A DNA stretch of 64,000 nt from a bacterium (GTDB taxonomy: Bacteria; UBP14; UBA6098): the NCBI GenBank assembly GCA_023145965.1, contig JAGLDC010000035.1:14462-78461 (forward strand), given 5' to 3'. Numbering within the stretch: the stretch's first letter is position 1; every line of letters starts with the position of its first letter. Below the pieces are notes generated by a model, which searched no databases, was not told the DNA's origin, and worked only from the letters and a program-made list of their open reading frames with translations. The translations under genes were made by a program, and so were the position numbers. Positions 17,984-27,075 of the stretch are shown here, one piece after another.

Positions 17984-18862
17984 ATGGATTCTACACTAAA
18001 GATATTCGGCTTTTTAATCTGGATGACATCATTGATGTTGTTTTCTGGAGGTTGCGATACTTATATAGTGAATAATGATCCCTACTATCGCGACTGCGAC
18101 GGTTGTTGGTGCGATAATACACCTCCCCAAATTCCTTATAGTGTCCATTCTATCACTGGAGATAATAGCGTATATCTCTACTGGAATCCAATAACTAGCT
18201 GGGATATGGCGGGTTATGCTATTTATCGCGGTTCTTCACCAACCGGTTATTACGATTATATTGGAACGAGCTATTGCGCGAGCTTCACGGATATCTCGGT
18301 GCTAAACGGAGAAACATATTATTATGCTATAGCCAGCTATGATAACTGTGGAAACGAGAGCGAGCTTTCCACCGATTTGATTTATGATACACCTCGCCCG
18401 GAAGGTCATTCCTGGTATTTGTGGGCATCGGAAAGTTATTATTATGACGGTGGATACGATTTTTCGGAAGGCAACATCATTGAATGGGACCATCCGACTT
18501 GCGATGTCTTTTTTGGCCACGATTCCCTGGGCTATTACCTTTGTGCCGCGAACGATTATACTGATATTTTAGACTATGGCCCCGCTTCTAGTCTTTCTGA
18601 TGTCGATATAGCGCCGGAAACCGGATGGAGCTCAATCGCAGACCTAACCGCAGTCGAAGGGCATATTTATGTGCTTTGGACCGCAGATAACCACTTTGCA
18701 GCACTTCTAATTCGAGACATTTCTGGTGAATGCATGACCTTCGATTGGTCATATCAAATTGATACCGGTAATCCCGAACTACGACCATCGAGAAGCGTAG
18801 TCGAAAGAAGAAAAAACCGTCAAATCAAAAGAGGTCTTCGTTTAACCTTGGAAGGAGAATAA
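17984..18862 (+). CDS. Lipoprotein with fibronectin type III-like domain
   Basis: Lipobox FSGGC. FN3 pattern GDNSVYLYW..GYAIYR..NGETYYYAIASYD..GNESELS. Confidence 0.75.
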   Translation: MDSTLKIFGFLIWMTSLMLFSGGCDTYIVNNDPYYRDCDGCWCDNTPPQIPYSVHSITGDNSVYLYWNPITSWDMAGYAIYRGSSPTGYYDYIGTSYCASFTDISVLNGETYYYAIASYDNCGNESELSTDLIYDTPRPEGHSWYLWASESYYYDGGYDFSEGNIIEWDHPTCDVFFGHDSLGYYLCAANDYTDILDYGPASSLSDVDIAPETGWSSIADLTAVEGHIYVLWTADNHFAALLIRDISGECMTFDWSYQIDTGNPELRPSRSVVERRKNRQIKRGLRLTLEGE

Positions 18863-18863
18863 A

Positions 18864-19838
18864 ATGAAAAAACTACTTTTAATCGTCATTGCTTCGACAG
18901 CTCTTTTAATGATGCTTCCAGAAACTGCCTCCGCCAGATGGCACTTTGGATTCGGCGCTTATTATGAAGATTGCGATTGCTACTGGGGAGAACCCGATCC
19001 GTGGGATGCTTGGTGGGAATGCCCCTGCTATTGGGATATTTGGGAATGGTGCAGCTGGCATCCCTATTGGATGTGGCCGCGTTGGTGCCGTCGCTGGGTG
19101 GAGGCTTATTATAGCCCTTGTGGTAGATATTACTATGTCTATTACGATTACTTTGTTCCGCGCAGCACCAGGATATATGTCGATGGGCGCTACCGCTATC
19201 GCTACGATGTGCCACTTGGATCATCTTATAATACTACAGAGAGAATACCCCGCAGAAGCGGCCTCGAACGCCCAAGTGGATCACCTCCAAGACCCGAAAC
19301 AGTCACCAGAACTCTGGAGAACCTCGGCCCAGAATATAGGATAAAAACTGTCGCATCTCACGCAACACAACCTACACAAAGCTTGAGAAATTCCGGTTCC
19401 AGTGTAACACCTATTTCGCCTTCGCGCGAAAGACCTATTACTACAGAATCGATTCTCCCAAAAAGCACAACCGCGCCGTATATCGAGGAAAGCCCTAAAA
19501 AAGCTGTTACACTTAAGACCGTTCCGACTTCGATTTCGAGTTCGGTTAGGAACCTTTCAGATGGTTCGTTAACAATAACAAATTCCAAGATTGATAAACC
19601 TCGCGAAAAAGATATTTCAACCGAGGATGTTATTGATATACCGGTGAAGACAACCGTTAAATCGGACAATACAGACAAAAAGTCCTATCGCGCTAAAAAA
19701 GACGTGATTGAAAAATCATCAAAACAAAAAAACATTAAGGGTATATCTTCGACATCTGAGAGTTCATCGAGTTCCAGCCCCAGAGCTGAGAAAAGTTCTC
19801 CTTCGAGAAGCTCTTCTAAATCGATTAGAACCAAGTGA
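18864..19838 (+). CDS. Secreted hypothetical protein with Trp/Cys/Tyr-rich N-terminal domain and disordered Ser/Pro/Lys tail
   Basis: GAAGGAG SD, signal peptide ending ASA, and composition read directly from the translation. Confidence 0.7.
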   Translation: MKKLLLIVIASTALLMMLPETASARWHFGFGAYYEDCDCYWGEPDPWDAWWECPCYWDIWEWCSWHPYWMWPRWCRRWVEAYYSPCGRYYYVYYDYFVPRSTRIYVDGRYRYRYDVPLGSSYNTTERIPRRSGLERPSGSPPRPETVTRTLENLGPEYRIKTVASHATQPTQSLRNSGSSVTPISPSRERPITTESILPKSTTAPYIEESPKKAVTLKTVPTSISSSVRNLSDGSLTITNSKIDKPREKDISTEDVIDIPVKTTVKSDNTDKKSYRAKKDVIEKSSKQKNIKGISSTSESSSSSSPRAEKSSPSRSSSKSIRTK

Positions 19839-19841
19839 TTC

Positions 19842-19870
19842 TTGACAACTCATAGTTCGTCGAATATATT
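19842..19870 (+). promoter_or_regulatory. Putative promoter TTGACA-N17-TATATT
   Basis: Consensus -35. The -10 box ends 7 nt before ATG 19878. Confidence 0.6.
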
Positions 19871-19877
19871 TATGAAA

Positions 19878-20351
19878 ATGAAAAAAATATGTGAAATATT
19901 AATTCTGACTTTAGTCGCTGTGGCTGCCTTCGCCCAGAAACCAGATTCATCGGACTCTATTAGTAAAAAGGCTGCGGTAGTTCGAGATCAGTCAACAGGC
20001 GCAATAACTGTCGGTGAACCAGAAACAAGCCTCAGAAGTGCTCCTTCTTCTGCCAAAAACTCCACCAAGGATTCAGATTTCGATCTCGGTGGATTTCTTA
20101 AGGAACTTTTCGAGGCAGGGGAATCGACGCCAAAAAAAAGCCAACGGAGCTATGATTGTTCGAGCGACGAGGCCGAAACAAGAACCGCTCCAGCGCCTTC
20201 GGCAAAATCTCGAATATCCTCCGAGAGTTCCTCTGCCATTCCTACATCGAAGGGCAAAAGCTACGATACTTTCGAGGACAATAACAATAATGGAATCGAT
20301 GATCGTCTCGAGGGTGTAAAAACAATCAAAGCGAGTCGGAGTAAGAATTAA
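19878..20351 (+). CDS. Secreted Ser-rich low-complexity hypothetical protein
   Basis: Signal peptide MKKICE..AAFA and C-terminal FEDNNNNGIDD. Start could also be 19872. Confidence 0.6.
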   Translation: MKKICEILILTLVAVAAFAQKPDSSDSISKKAAVVRDQSTGAITVGEPETSLRSAPSSAKNSTKDSDFDLGGFLKELFEAGESTPKKSQRSYDCSSDEAETRTAPAPSAKSRISSESSSAIPTSKGKSYDTFEDNNNNGIDDRLEGVKTIKASRSKN

Positions 20352-20367
20352 TCTGGTTAGGCAAAAT

Positions 20368-20397
20368 AAACCCCGCTCAATTAGGCGGGGTCTTTTT
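20368..20397 (+). terminator. Intrinsic terminator
   Basis: ACCCCGC-TCAATTAG-GCGGGGT followed by CTTTTT. Confidence 0.7.
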
Positions 20398-20402
20398 CTA
20401 TT

Positions 20403-21131
20403 ATGAAATTCGTTTCAACTAGTTTTTTTATCCCTTCAAATTGCATCTCCCGTGGGCAAGTTAAATTTCCTAAGGATGAAAGCACCCATGTCTATAAAGT
20501 CATGCGTGCTTCTGTTGGGGATACAGTGCGCGCTGTCGATGGCAAGGGACATATATATTGGGTAAAAATCACTCGTGTTGATATTATGCACAGCAGAGGC
20601 GAGATAATCGAAACGACAACTACGGAGTTAGAACCACACACCCTCTTCTCGTTAGCTATGGGAACCATTTTACCAAAACGCATGGAAGCAGCTTGGGATT
20701 CATGCGTTCAGTTGGGAATTTCAACCCTAATTCCGGTAAGAACAAAATTCTCTCTTTCGCGTATAAGAGAGGATGGAAAATTCATCGATAGGTTAAATGC
20801 AGTTGGAAAAAGAGCTATGCTTCAAAGCGGTAGAGCTGTTCATCCGACCGTAGAAATGCCCTGCGAGTTGAGCGAAATTGTTATACACGATTTTAACACC
20901 ATACTTTTTGGCGACGAGGAAGGTTTGCCTACGCCACCATCAGAAAAACCAAAACTCGGGGAAAAAGTGCTCTTATTAGTTGGACCCGAAGGGGGGTTTT
21001 CAGCGGAGGAAAAGAGGATTATCGAACAAGCCGGTGGCGTCGGAATATCACTTGGGCCGAGAAAGTTAAGAGCGGAAACAGCTGCAGTAACGCTTTCTGT
21101 TTTGGCCTTAAGGTGGTCGAGGGACATATAA
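20403..21131 (+). CDS. rsmE: 16S rRNA m3U1498 methyltransferase
   Basis: HVYKVMR, VQLG, LLVGPEGGFS, SLGPRKLRAETA. Confidence 0.93.
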   Translation: MKFVSTSFFIPSNCISRGQVKFPKDESTHVYKVMRASVGDTVRAVDGKGHIYWVKITRVDIMHSRGEIIETTTTELEPHTLFSLAMGTILPKRMEAAWDSCVQLGISTLIPVRTKFSLSRIREDGKFIDRLNAVGKRAMLQSGRAVHPTVEMPCELSEIVIHDFNTILFGDEEGLPTPPSEKPKLGEKVLLLVGPEGGFSAEEKRIIEQAGGVGISLGPRKLRAETAAVTLSVLALRWSRDI

Positions 21132-21226
21132 TTTGGGTCTTAATAATTTTATAAAGCATCAAATTGTAGGAATATCGCGTTTGCTTAGAAACTTATATTT
21201 TAAATAATTAAATTCATGGAGTTTTG

Positions 21227-22636
21227 ATGAGATTTTTTGTTCTGATACTTTGCCTTTTTTTATTCGTTATCTCCGCTTTTTCAGCAGGGATGAACCTACC
21301 ATGTGTCGGGGCAAAAGCACTTTCTATGGGTGGCGCTTTCCGCGCTATCGCCGACGATGGTTCTGCAGTGTTTTGGAATCCAGCTGGATTGTCTGCTAAT
21401 GATGCTTCACAAGTAAATCTGCTCGGGCAATTACTTCTGACTTTTTCAACATATGTCGCCGACGACACGCTTATCGCAATAAATCAGCTTTTTCGCGAGG
21501 GAACAAACGAAAAAATCGATAAAACCTTTTTCCTTGGGAACGGCTATTTTACTTATGCCCCAAAGAAACTCGAGAGATGGCGCTTCGGCTTAGGTATATA
21601 TTCCCCTGCCGGAGTCGGAAGCACTTGGGATGTGCTTAAAGAGAACGGCAGCGGTGGAGTAGGAAAGATTAATCCAAGCGAGATGAACTCGATGTTCCCT
21701 GATTCCGATTACATTATGAGCACCACTGAATCCTTACCCTATAAGGATTTTCGAGGAACATTGGGGTGTTATTCGATCAACCCTGGAACGAGCTACAATT
21801 TAACTAATAAGGTTTCTCTGGGTATATCCGCAATTTGGACCTTCGCAGTTCTAGATATTGGGATACCATCATCAGATTACGATAAAATGCAAACAGATAC
21901 CGGCGTAGTTTTTCAGGAAGGTGAATTTTCCGGAGAAAGCTACGGCTTTAATTTGGGTGTGCTTTATAAACCGAACAAAAGACTATCGTTTGGAGGAAAT
22001 CTCAAGTATCAGACAGATTTTTCATTCGAAGGCGATTTAACCGAGACTGTATATAAATTCTACAACGAGGATCTTCACAATCTTGGCTTGTTTATAGGGG
22101 ACACGATCCTTTCTGGTGGAAAGCTTATCAAACCCCCAGTGCGCGCGTATGCGGAACTCTCGCGTCCATTTGAATTGGGCGTGGGATCAGCTTATAAATT
22201 GGGAGAAAAATTAACAATTTCTCTCGATTTGTCATATACTTACTGGTCTTCTGTCGATTCGATAATCCTAAAATCCCGCGAAGGCGAACAACTGGTAACC
22301 ATGGCGATGCATTGGGTTGATACATATAGAATTTCTGTTGGTGGAGAATATCAATTTTCGGCGCTTTCAGCGCGATTGGGTGCTTTCTATGAACCCAATC
22401 CTTCCGTTTTGGATTTTCAGAATCTTTTCATACCAGAGATGAATGACAGAGTTGCCTTCACTGGAGGACTTGGACTACATCTCAAAGATTTTCTTTTGGA
22501 ATTTTCTGCGGAGACAGAATTCTTTGGAGAGATAATCGCAAGCCCAAATTTTGAGGGAGATTTTCCGGTCAACATCCCGGGAACATACACAGGTAAAGTT
22601 GGGGATTTAATCTTATCGGCAACATATATTTTTTAG
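21227..22636 (+). CDS. OmpP1/FadL family outer-membrane transporter
   Basis: GAKALSMGGAF..AVFWNPAGL hatch motif, beta-barrel pattern, C-terminal Phe. Confidence 0.85.
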   Translation: MRFFVLILCLFLFVISAFSAGMNLPCVGAKALSMGGAFRAIADDGSAVFWNPAGLSANDASQVNLLGQLLLTFSTYVADDTLIAINQLFREGTNEKIDKTFFLGNGYFTYAPKKLERWRFGLGIYSPAGVGSTWDVLKENGSGGVGKINPSEMNSMFPDSDYIMSTTESLPYKDFRGTLGCYSINPGTSYNLTNKVSLGISAIWTFAVLDIGIPSSDYDKMQTDTGVVFQEGEFSGESYGFNLGVLYKPNKRLSFGGNLKYQTDFSFEGDLTETVYKFYNEDLHNLGLFIGDTILSGGKLIKPPVRAYAELSRPFELGVGSAYKLGEKLTISLDLSYTYWSSVDSIILKSREGEQLVTMAMHWVDTYRISVGGEYQFSALSARLGAFYEPNPSVLDFQNLFIPEMNDRVAFTGGLGLHLKDFLLEFSAETEFFGEIIASPNFEGDFPVNIPGTYTGKVGDLILSATYIF

Positions 22637-22645
22637 GTGTAATGA

Positions 22646-24199
22646 ATGTTTGTTGACACACACGCACATATAGATTTCGAGGATTTCACCGATGAGCTTG
22701 ATAACGTTATCTCGAGGGCATGGGATGTCGGCGTTAGGACAATAGTGATTCCGTCGATAGAGGCGAAAACAATGCAAAAAGCGGCCTCGATAGCTGAAAG
22801 TTTCCCCCACATATGGTTTGCCGCTGGATGGCATCCAAGTGATGCGGATTCCTTCGATGAAAGCTTGTTTAAGCATTATCTCGGCCATCCAAAATGCATT
22901 GCCATTGGAGAAATAGGCCTTGATTTTTACCGAGAACACACTGAGAAATCGCTACAAATAGAGGTTTTTAGAAAACAACTTGGGATAGCAGCGGATAGAT
23001 CGCTTCCTGTTATAATCCATATTCGTGAGGCTTGGGACGAGGCTCGAAAGATAATTGATGAATTCCCGGAAGTTGTTTGCGATTTTCATGCCTTTTCGGG
23101 CGGGGCCGAGGAGGTTGAGTGGATAGTGCAAAGAAGCGGATATATGGGGCTTGGAGGGCCATTAACCTTCAAGAATTTTAAAAGAAGCGAGACAATCGAA
23201 ACCATCCCTATGGGAAATATCCTCCTTGAAACGGATTGCCCTTTTCTCGCACCACACCCCCATAGAGGAAATCGAAATGAACCGTCATTCATTCCTTTAA
23301 TCGCCGATAAGGTGGCTGAATTCAAATCAGTCGAATTGGACAAGGTCGAAATGGTAACAACTGCAAATCTTAAGCGGTTTTTAGGTATTCCGATGCCGAT
23401 TTCCATTAGCAACAAGAATATTGCAAAAAGATCACTATCTCAGAATTTTTTATGCGATGATAATATTATCAAGAAATTTGTTAGCATCATCAATAAAACA
23501 GATTTAATCATCGAAATTGGAGCTGGCAATGGCGAGATTACTTCATATTTACCCGAGAAATCTCTCAATATCTGGGTAACAGAACCTGATTGGGGGCGCA
23601 TCCCGGCATTAAAAAAGGCTGCGCCGGAAACGATCATTCTTCCAATGAAAGTCCAGAACATCGACCTAAAAGGGCTTTGCTCTTTCGAGGGCAAAAAAGC
23701 GACAATAGTCGGCAACCTTCCATATGCTGATAGTTCTCAAATAATTTTTCAAATTATCGAGCATCGTGATATTATCGATAGGGCTATCATTATGATACAA
23801 AAGGAGTTTGCCGAAAGACTGTGTGCCTGTCCGGGTTCTAAAAAATATGGCATCCCGAGTGTGCTTCTGTCATTATTTTTTGATGTTAATTATCAATTCG
23901 ATGTCTCGCCGCATTGTTTTAAACCTGTGCCAAGGGTTGATTCCTCCGTTATATCAATGGTGCCAAGAAAAGAAACACCTGCCCAAAAAGTTGAATACCA
24001 TTTATTGAAAGACATCATTAAATCTGCATTCTCGCACAGGCGAAAAACCATAGCTAATTCGATGAAATGGGCTTTCGGGCAATATGATCTAATTCCAATC
24101 TTGAAGACCGTAGGAATAAATCCCTCGGACAGAGCGGAAAATATATCGCCAGAGAGTTTCGTAAACTTAGCGATAGCCCTCGGAAAGACAGTGCTCTGA
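22646..24199 (+). CDS. tatD-rsmA: Fusion: TatD family hydrolase (N-terminal) plus 16S rRNA dimethyladenosine transferase RsmA/KsgA (C-terminal)
   Basis: DTHAH, GEIGLD, HAFSG, LETDCP, then in the same frame SQNFL, EIGAGNG, GNLPY, QKEFAERL, PRVDS, RRKT. Confidence 0.88.
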   Translation: MFVDTHAHIDFEDFTDELDNVISRAWDVGVRTIVIPSIEAKTMQKAASIAESFPHIWFAAGWHPSDADSFDESLFKHYLGHPKCIAIGEIGLDFYREHTEKSLQIEVFRKQLGIAADRSLPVIIHIREAWDEARKIIDEFPEVVCDFHAFSGGAEEVEWIVQRSGYMGLGGPLTFKNFKRSETIETIPMGNILLETDCPFLAPHPHRGNRNEPSFIPLIADKVAEFKSVELDKVEMVTTANLKRFLGIPMPISISNKNIAKRSLSQNFLCDDNIIKKFVSIINKTDLIIEIGAGNGEITSYLPEKSLNIWVTEPDWGRIPALKKAAPETIILPMKVQNIDLKGLCSFEGKKATIVGNLPYADSSQIIFQIIEHRDIIDRAIIMIQKEFAERLCACPGSKKYGIPSVLLSLFFDVNYQFDVSPHCFKPVPRVDSSVISMVPRKETPAQKVEYHLLKDIIKSAFSHRRKTIANSMKWAFGQYDLIPILKTVGINPSDRAENISPESFVNLAIALGKTVL

Positions 24200-25407
24200 T
24201 GGAATTATTCCTCATTCTGCTTATAATTGCGCTAATCGTCTGGTGGGTTTTGGAATATCGCCGGCATTCTATGAATGTAGATAGAATAAAAATTCGAATC
24301 CATGTCAACGGCACTAGAGGAAAATCCTCTGTAACTAGGCTTATCGCTGGCGCGCTTCGCGAGGGTGGAATTCACACGGTTGCAAAAACTACCGGCACAA
24401 TTCCGAGGCTTATTCTTCCAGATGGCACCGAGGAACCCATAGTGCGTCTCGGCTCGCCAAATATTCACGAACAGGTTGCAATCGTTCGCCGGGCTGTCGA
24501 TCTCGATGCAGAGGCACTTGTTATTGAATGTATGGCGCTACTTCCAGAGTATCAAGAAATATCTGAGCGCAAAATCATTAAAAGCACCATCGATGTCATA
24601 ACCAACGCACGCCCCGATCATCTAGATGTGATGGGACCAACCGGACATGATGTAATCGATGCGCTTTGCGGCACAATCTCGAAGGGGAACATCTGTTTTA
24701 CTTCTGAAAAGGAGCATTTTGACCATATAGAGAAAAATGCCATCGATAACGGAGCGACAATTGTGCAAGCAGTTCCCTCCACTATTGAAAAAACCGATAT
24801 GGCTGGATTTTCATACATCGAACACGAGGAAAATGTTGCATTAGCGCTTAAAGTGGCTGAACATTTGGGGATTTCTCGCGAAACTGCCATTCGAGGAATG
24901 CAAAAAGCGACCCCTGATATCGGCGCATTGACCGTTTATAAAGTTGAATTCTTCGGGAAAGTAGCAATATTCTATAATGCTTTTGCCGCCAACGATCCCG
25001 AATCTACCGGTGCGCTCTGGGTCAAGCTTAAACTCGATACAGACCCAACCTTCCCAACAATTGTGCTAGCGAATAACCGTGCAGACCGTGCAAGCCGAAC
25101 TTCACAGCTTGCAGAAATGTTAGTGGATAAAGTCCATGCTAATTATTATATATTAACAGGAACGAATACTAAGCTTCTCGTCGAGAAGCTCGATCGGCAT
25201 GGTATGAATATGACCGCAGTTTACGATATGGGTGGAGTGGAGGTCGAAGATATATTCGAGCTTTGCATGGAATTGACGCCCACACACAGTTCCATAGTGG
25301 GTGTAGGGAATATTGGTGGTATAGGCAGGGAAATTTTGGCCTATTTCGAGGCAAGAGCTTTGCCTCGTAAAACACACCACCATGACGACAGCGCAAATGG
25401 GGTATAA
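24199..25407 (+). CDS. pgsB: Poly-gamma-glutamate synthase PgsB/CapB
   Basis: RIHVNGTRGKSSVTRLI, AKTTGT, ECMAL, DHLDVMGP, NAFAANDP. Confidence 0.93.
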   Translation: MELFLILLIIALIVWWVLEYRRHSMNVDRIKIRIHVNGTRGKSSVTRLIAGALREGGIHTVAKTTGTIPRLILPDGTEEPIVRLGSPNIHEQVAIVRRAVDLDAEALVIECMALLPEYQEISERKIIKSTIDVITNARPDHLDVMGPTGHDVIDALCGTISKGNICFTSEKEHFDHIEKNAIDNGATIVQAVPSTIEKTDMAGFSYIEHEENVALALKVAEHLGISRETAIRGMQKATPDIGALTVYKVEFFGKVAIFYNAFAANDPESTGALWVKLKLDTDPTFPTIVLANNRADRASRTSQLAEMLVDKVHANYYILTGTNTKLLVEKLDRHGMNMTAVYDMGGVEVEDIFELCMELTPTHSSIVGVGNIGGIGREILAYFEARALPRKTHHHDDSANGV

Positions 25408-25458
25408 AGAATAAGTTCGTAAGTATAATGCTGTTTTAACCAATTTTCGGAGTTTATT

Positions 25459-25926
25459 ATGCTCTGGTTGTCTGTAGGTCTTGGATTGGTATTATCGCTC
25501 GGCTTCGCCGAATGGTTTGGACTTGCCGCTGGTGGGCTTGTAGTCCCGGGCTATATCGCTCTTTTCTGGAGCGAACCACTTAAAGTGGTGGGAACGGTAA
25601 TTATTGCCATAGCCGCGTTCGGTTCGATAAAAGTAATAAGCCAATACACACTTATTTATGGAAGACGCAAACTGGTTCTAACTGTGCTTATTGCATTTGT
25701 TTATGCTTGGCTTTTCAGGGTTCTTTTACAAGGCGAATACGGATTGTTTCTTAATTCTTTCGACCCCATCGGTTTTATAATTCCCGGCCTTTTAGCCTAC
25801 TGGATGGATAAGCAGGGAGTTATCGATACACTCAGCACTATGGTAATTGCCAGTATTGTCGTCCGGCTAATGCTTATTATTTTTAGAGGAGGTGAGCTTC
25901 TTGAAGTGGCACTCCCGACGAGTTAA
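25459..25926 (+). CDS. pgsC: Poly-gamma-glutamate biosynthesis protein PgsC/CapC
   Basis: AGGLVVPGYIAL, YGRR, IGFIIPGLLAYWMDKQG. Confidence 0.92.
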   Translation: MLWLSVGLGLVLSLGFAEWFGLAAGGLVVPGYIALFWSEPLKVVGTVIIAIAAFGSIKVISQYTLIYGRRKLVLTVLIAFVYAWLFRVLLQGEYGLFLNSFDPIGFIIPGLLAYWMDKQGVIDTLSTMVIASIVVRLMLIIFRGGELLEVALPTS

Positions 25927-27001
25927 TCTAGGCGCTTTAGTTTTCCTTGCACTCATAGGTATAGCAATCATGGCTATTGTCGAGCTTTCCAAGGTACGTG
26001 TGAAGAAACCATATTTTGAAGAGAAAGTCGAAGCCTCTAATCTCACTCAAATAGCTTTTTTAACGATCAACAATACCGGCGGTGATTGTGTGGTAATTGA
26101 CTCGGTGGTCGATAGGAACGGAACCGGCCTTATCGGTGAGCAGTTCACATTAATTACCACCGATAGAGGAAATTTAACATCTAAATTAACCACAACAAAT
26201 CCCAACTGGGGCGCGGTAGTTGTCGATATGTTACGCGAAGTTGGTGTTGACGCCGGAGATTACGTCGCCGTGGCATACACTGGCTCGATGCCCGCATTAA
26301 ATATCGCTGTCATCACTGCGGTGCAAACTATCGGTGCGATTCCAGTTATTGTTTCCAGTGTTGGAGCCTCTATGTGGGGCGCGAACAACCCAAATTTCGC
26401 ATGGCTCGATATGGAAAATACTCTTTTTGATAAAGGGGTATTCAAGTATAAAAGCATAGCCGCATCTTTGGGTGGAAGAGGCGACATTGGCGGTAATGTC
26501 TCTCCTGAAGGAAGAAGAATTCTCCGCGAAATAATCGAGCGAAACTCGATTCCCTTCATAAACGCGGCGACGCTGGACGAGTCGATAGATAAACGGGTGC
26601 AAATCTATGAAGAGGCCTTGCCTCAAGAAAAAAGATATTCGGCTTATGTAAATGTCGGTGGTGGTTTAGGCTCTATCGGGAGTGGCCAAAACCTCGTTGC
26701 GCTGCGCTCTGGGATCAATATGCGTGTCCCGGTGGGCAATTACTCTCGAAAAGGCGCGATGATTAAATTCGGAGAAAAGGGAATACCGATGATAGTCCTT
26801 TCGGATATTAACAATATAGCCGCTCGATACGGCCTGCCGATTGCACCAGAACCTTTACCGGATATTCCTCATGGAGATGTTTATTCCGAACTAAAATATA
26901 GATTATGGCTTGTGATAGTTGGCTTAGTATTTTATTTGTCATTGGTTTTTGTTATTGTTAGAGTGGATCTGAAAGGTATAATTTTCAGAAGGAAGAGATA
27001 A
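25892..27001 (+). CDS. pgsW: Poly-gamma-glutamate system protein PgsW
   Basis: TGLIG..ITTDRG.LTSK.TTTNPN, GSMPALN, SSVGASMWGAN, SLGG, YVNVGG. Located directly after pgsBC. Confidence 0.85.
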   Translation: MSFLKWHSRRVNLGALVFLALIGIAIMAIVELSKVRVKKPYFEEKVEASNLTQIAFLTINNTGGDCVVIDSVVDRNGTGLIGEQFTLITTDRGNLTSKLTTTNPNWGAVVVDMLREVGVDAGDYVAVAYTGSMPALNIAVITAVQTIGAIPVIVSSVGASMWGANNPNFAWLDMENTLFDKGVFKYKSIAASLGGRGDIGGNVSPEGRRILREIIERNSIPFINAATLDESIDKRVQIYEEALPQEKRYSAYVNVGGGLGSIGSGQNLVALRSGINMRVPVGNYSRKGAMIKFGEKGIPMIVLSDINNIAARYGLPIAPEPLPDIPHGDVYSELKYRLWLVIVGLVFYLSLVFVIVRVDLKGIIFRRKR

Positions 27002-27021
27002 ACACTCTGTCCGAGTTTTGT

Positions 27022-27050
27022 TTGACATTTTAGGGTATCGAATATACTTT
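27022..27050 (+). promoter_or_regulatory. Putative promoter TTGACA-N17-TACTTT
   Basis: Upstream of ATG 27076. Confidence 0.45.
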
Positions 27051-27075
27051 TCCTTTAAATAAGGTTAAAGCAACT

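Noticed and set aside
18864-19838. RiPP precursor
   Set aside because: Has a Sec signal and a long tail, and no radical SAM, YcaO or other maturase lies nearby.
19842-19877. TTG start for the 169-aa ORF
   Set aside because: The TTG is part of a TTGACA -35 box, and the signal peptide begins at 19872/19878.
21227-22636. T9SS shuttle PorV
   Set aside because: Shares the NPA motif, but length and downstream strand pattern fit OmpP1/FadL better. Not excluded without an HMM search.
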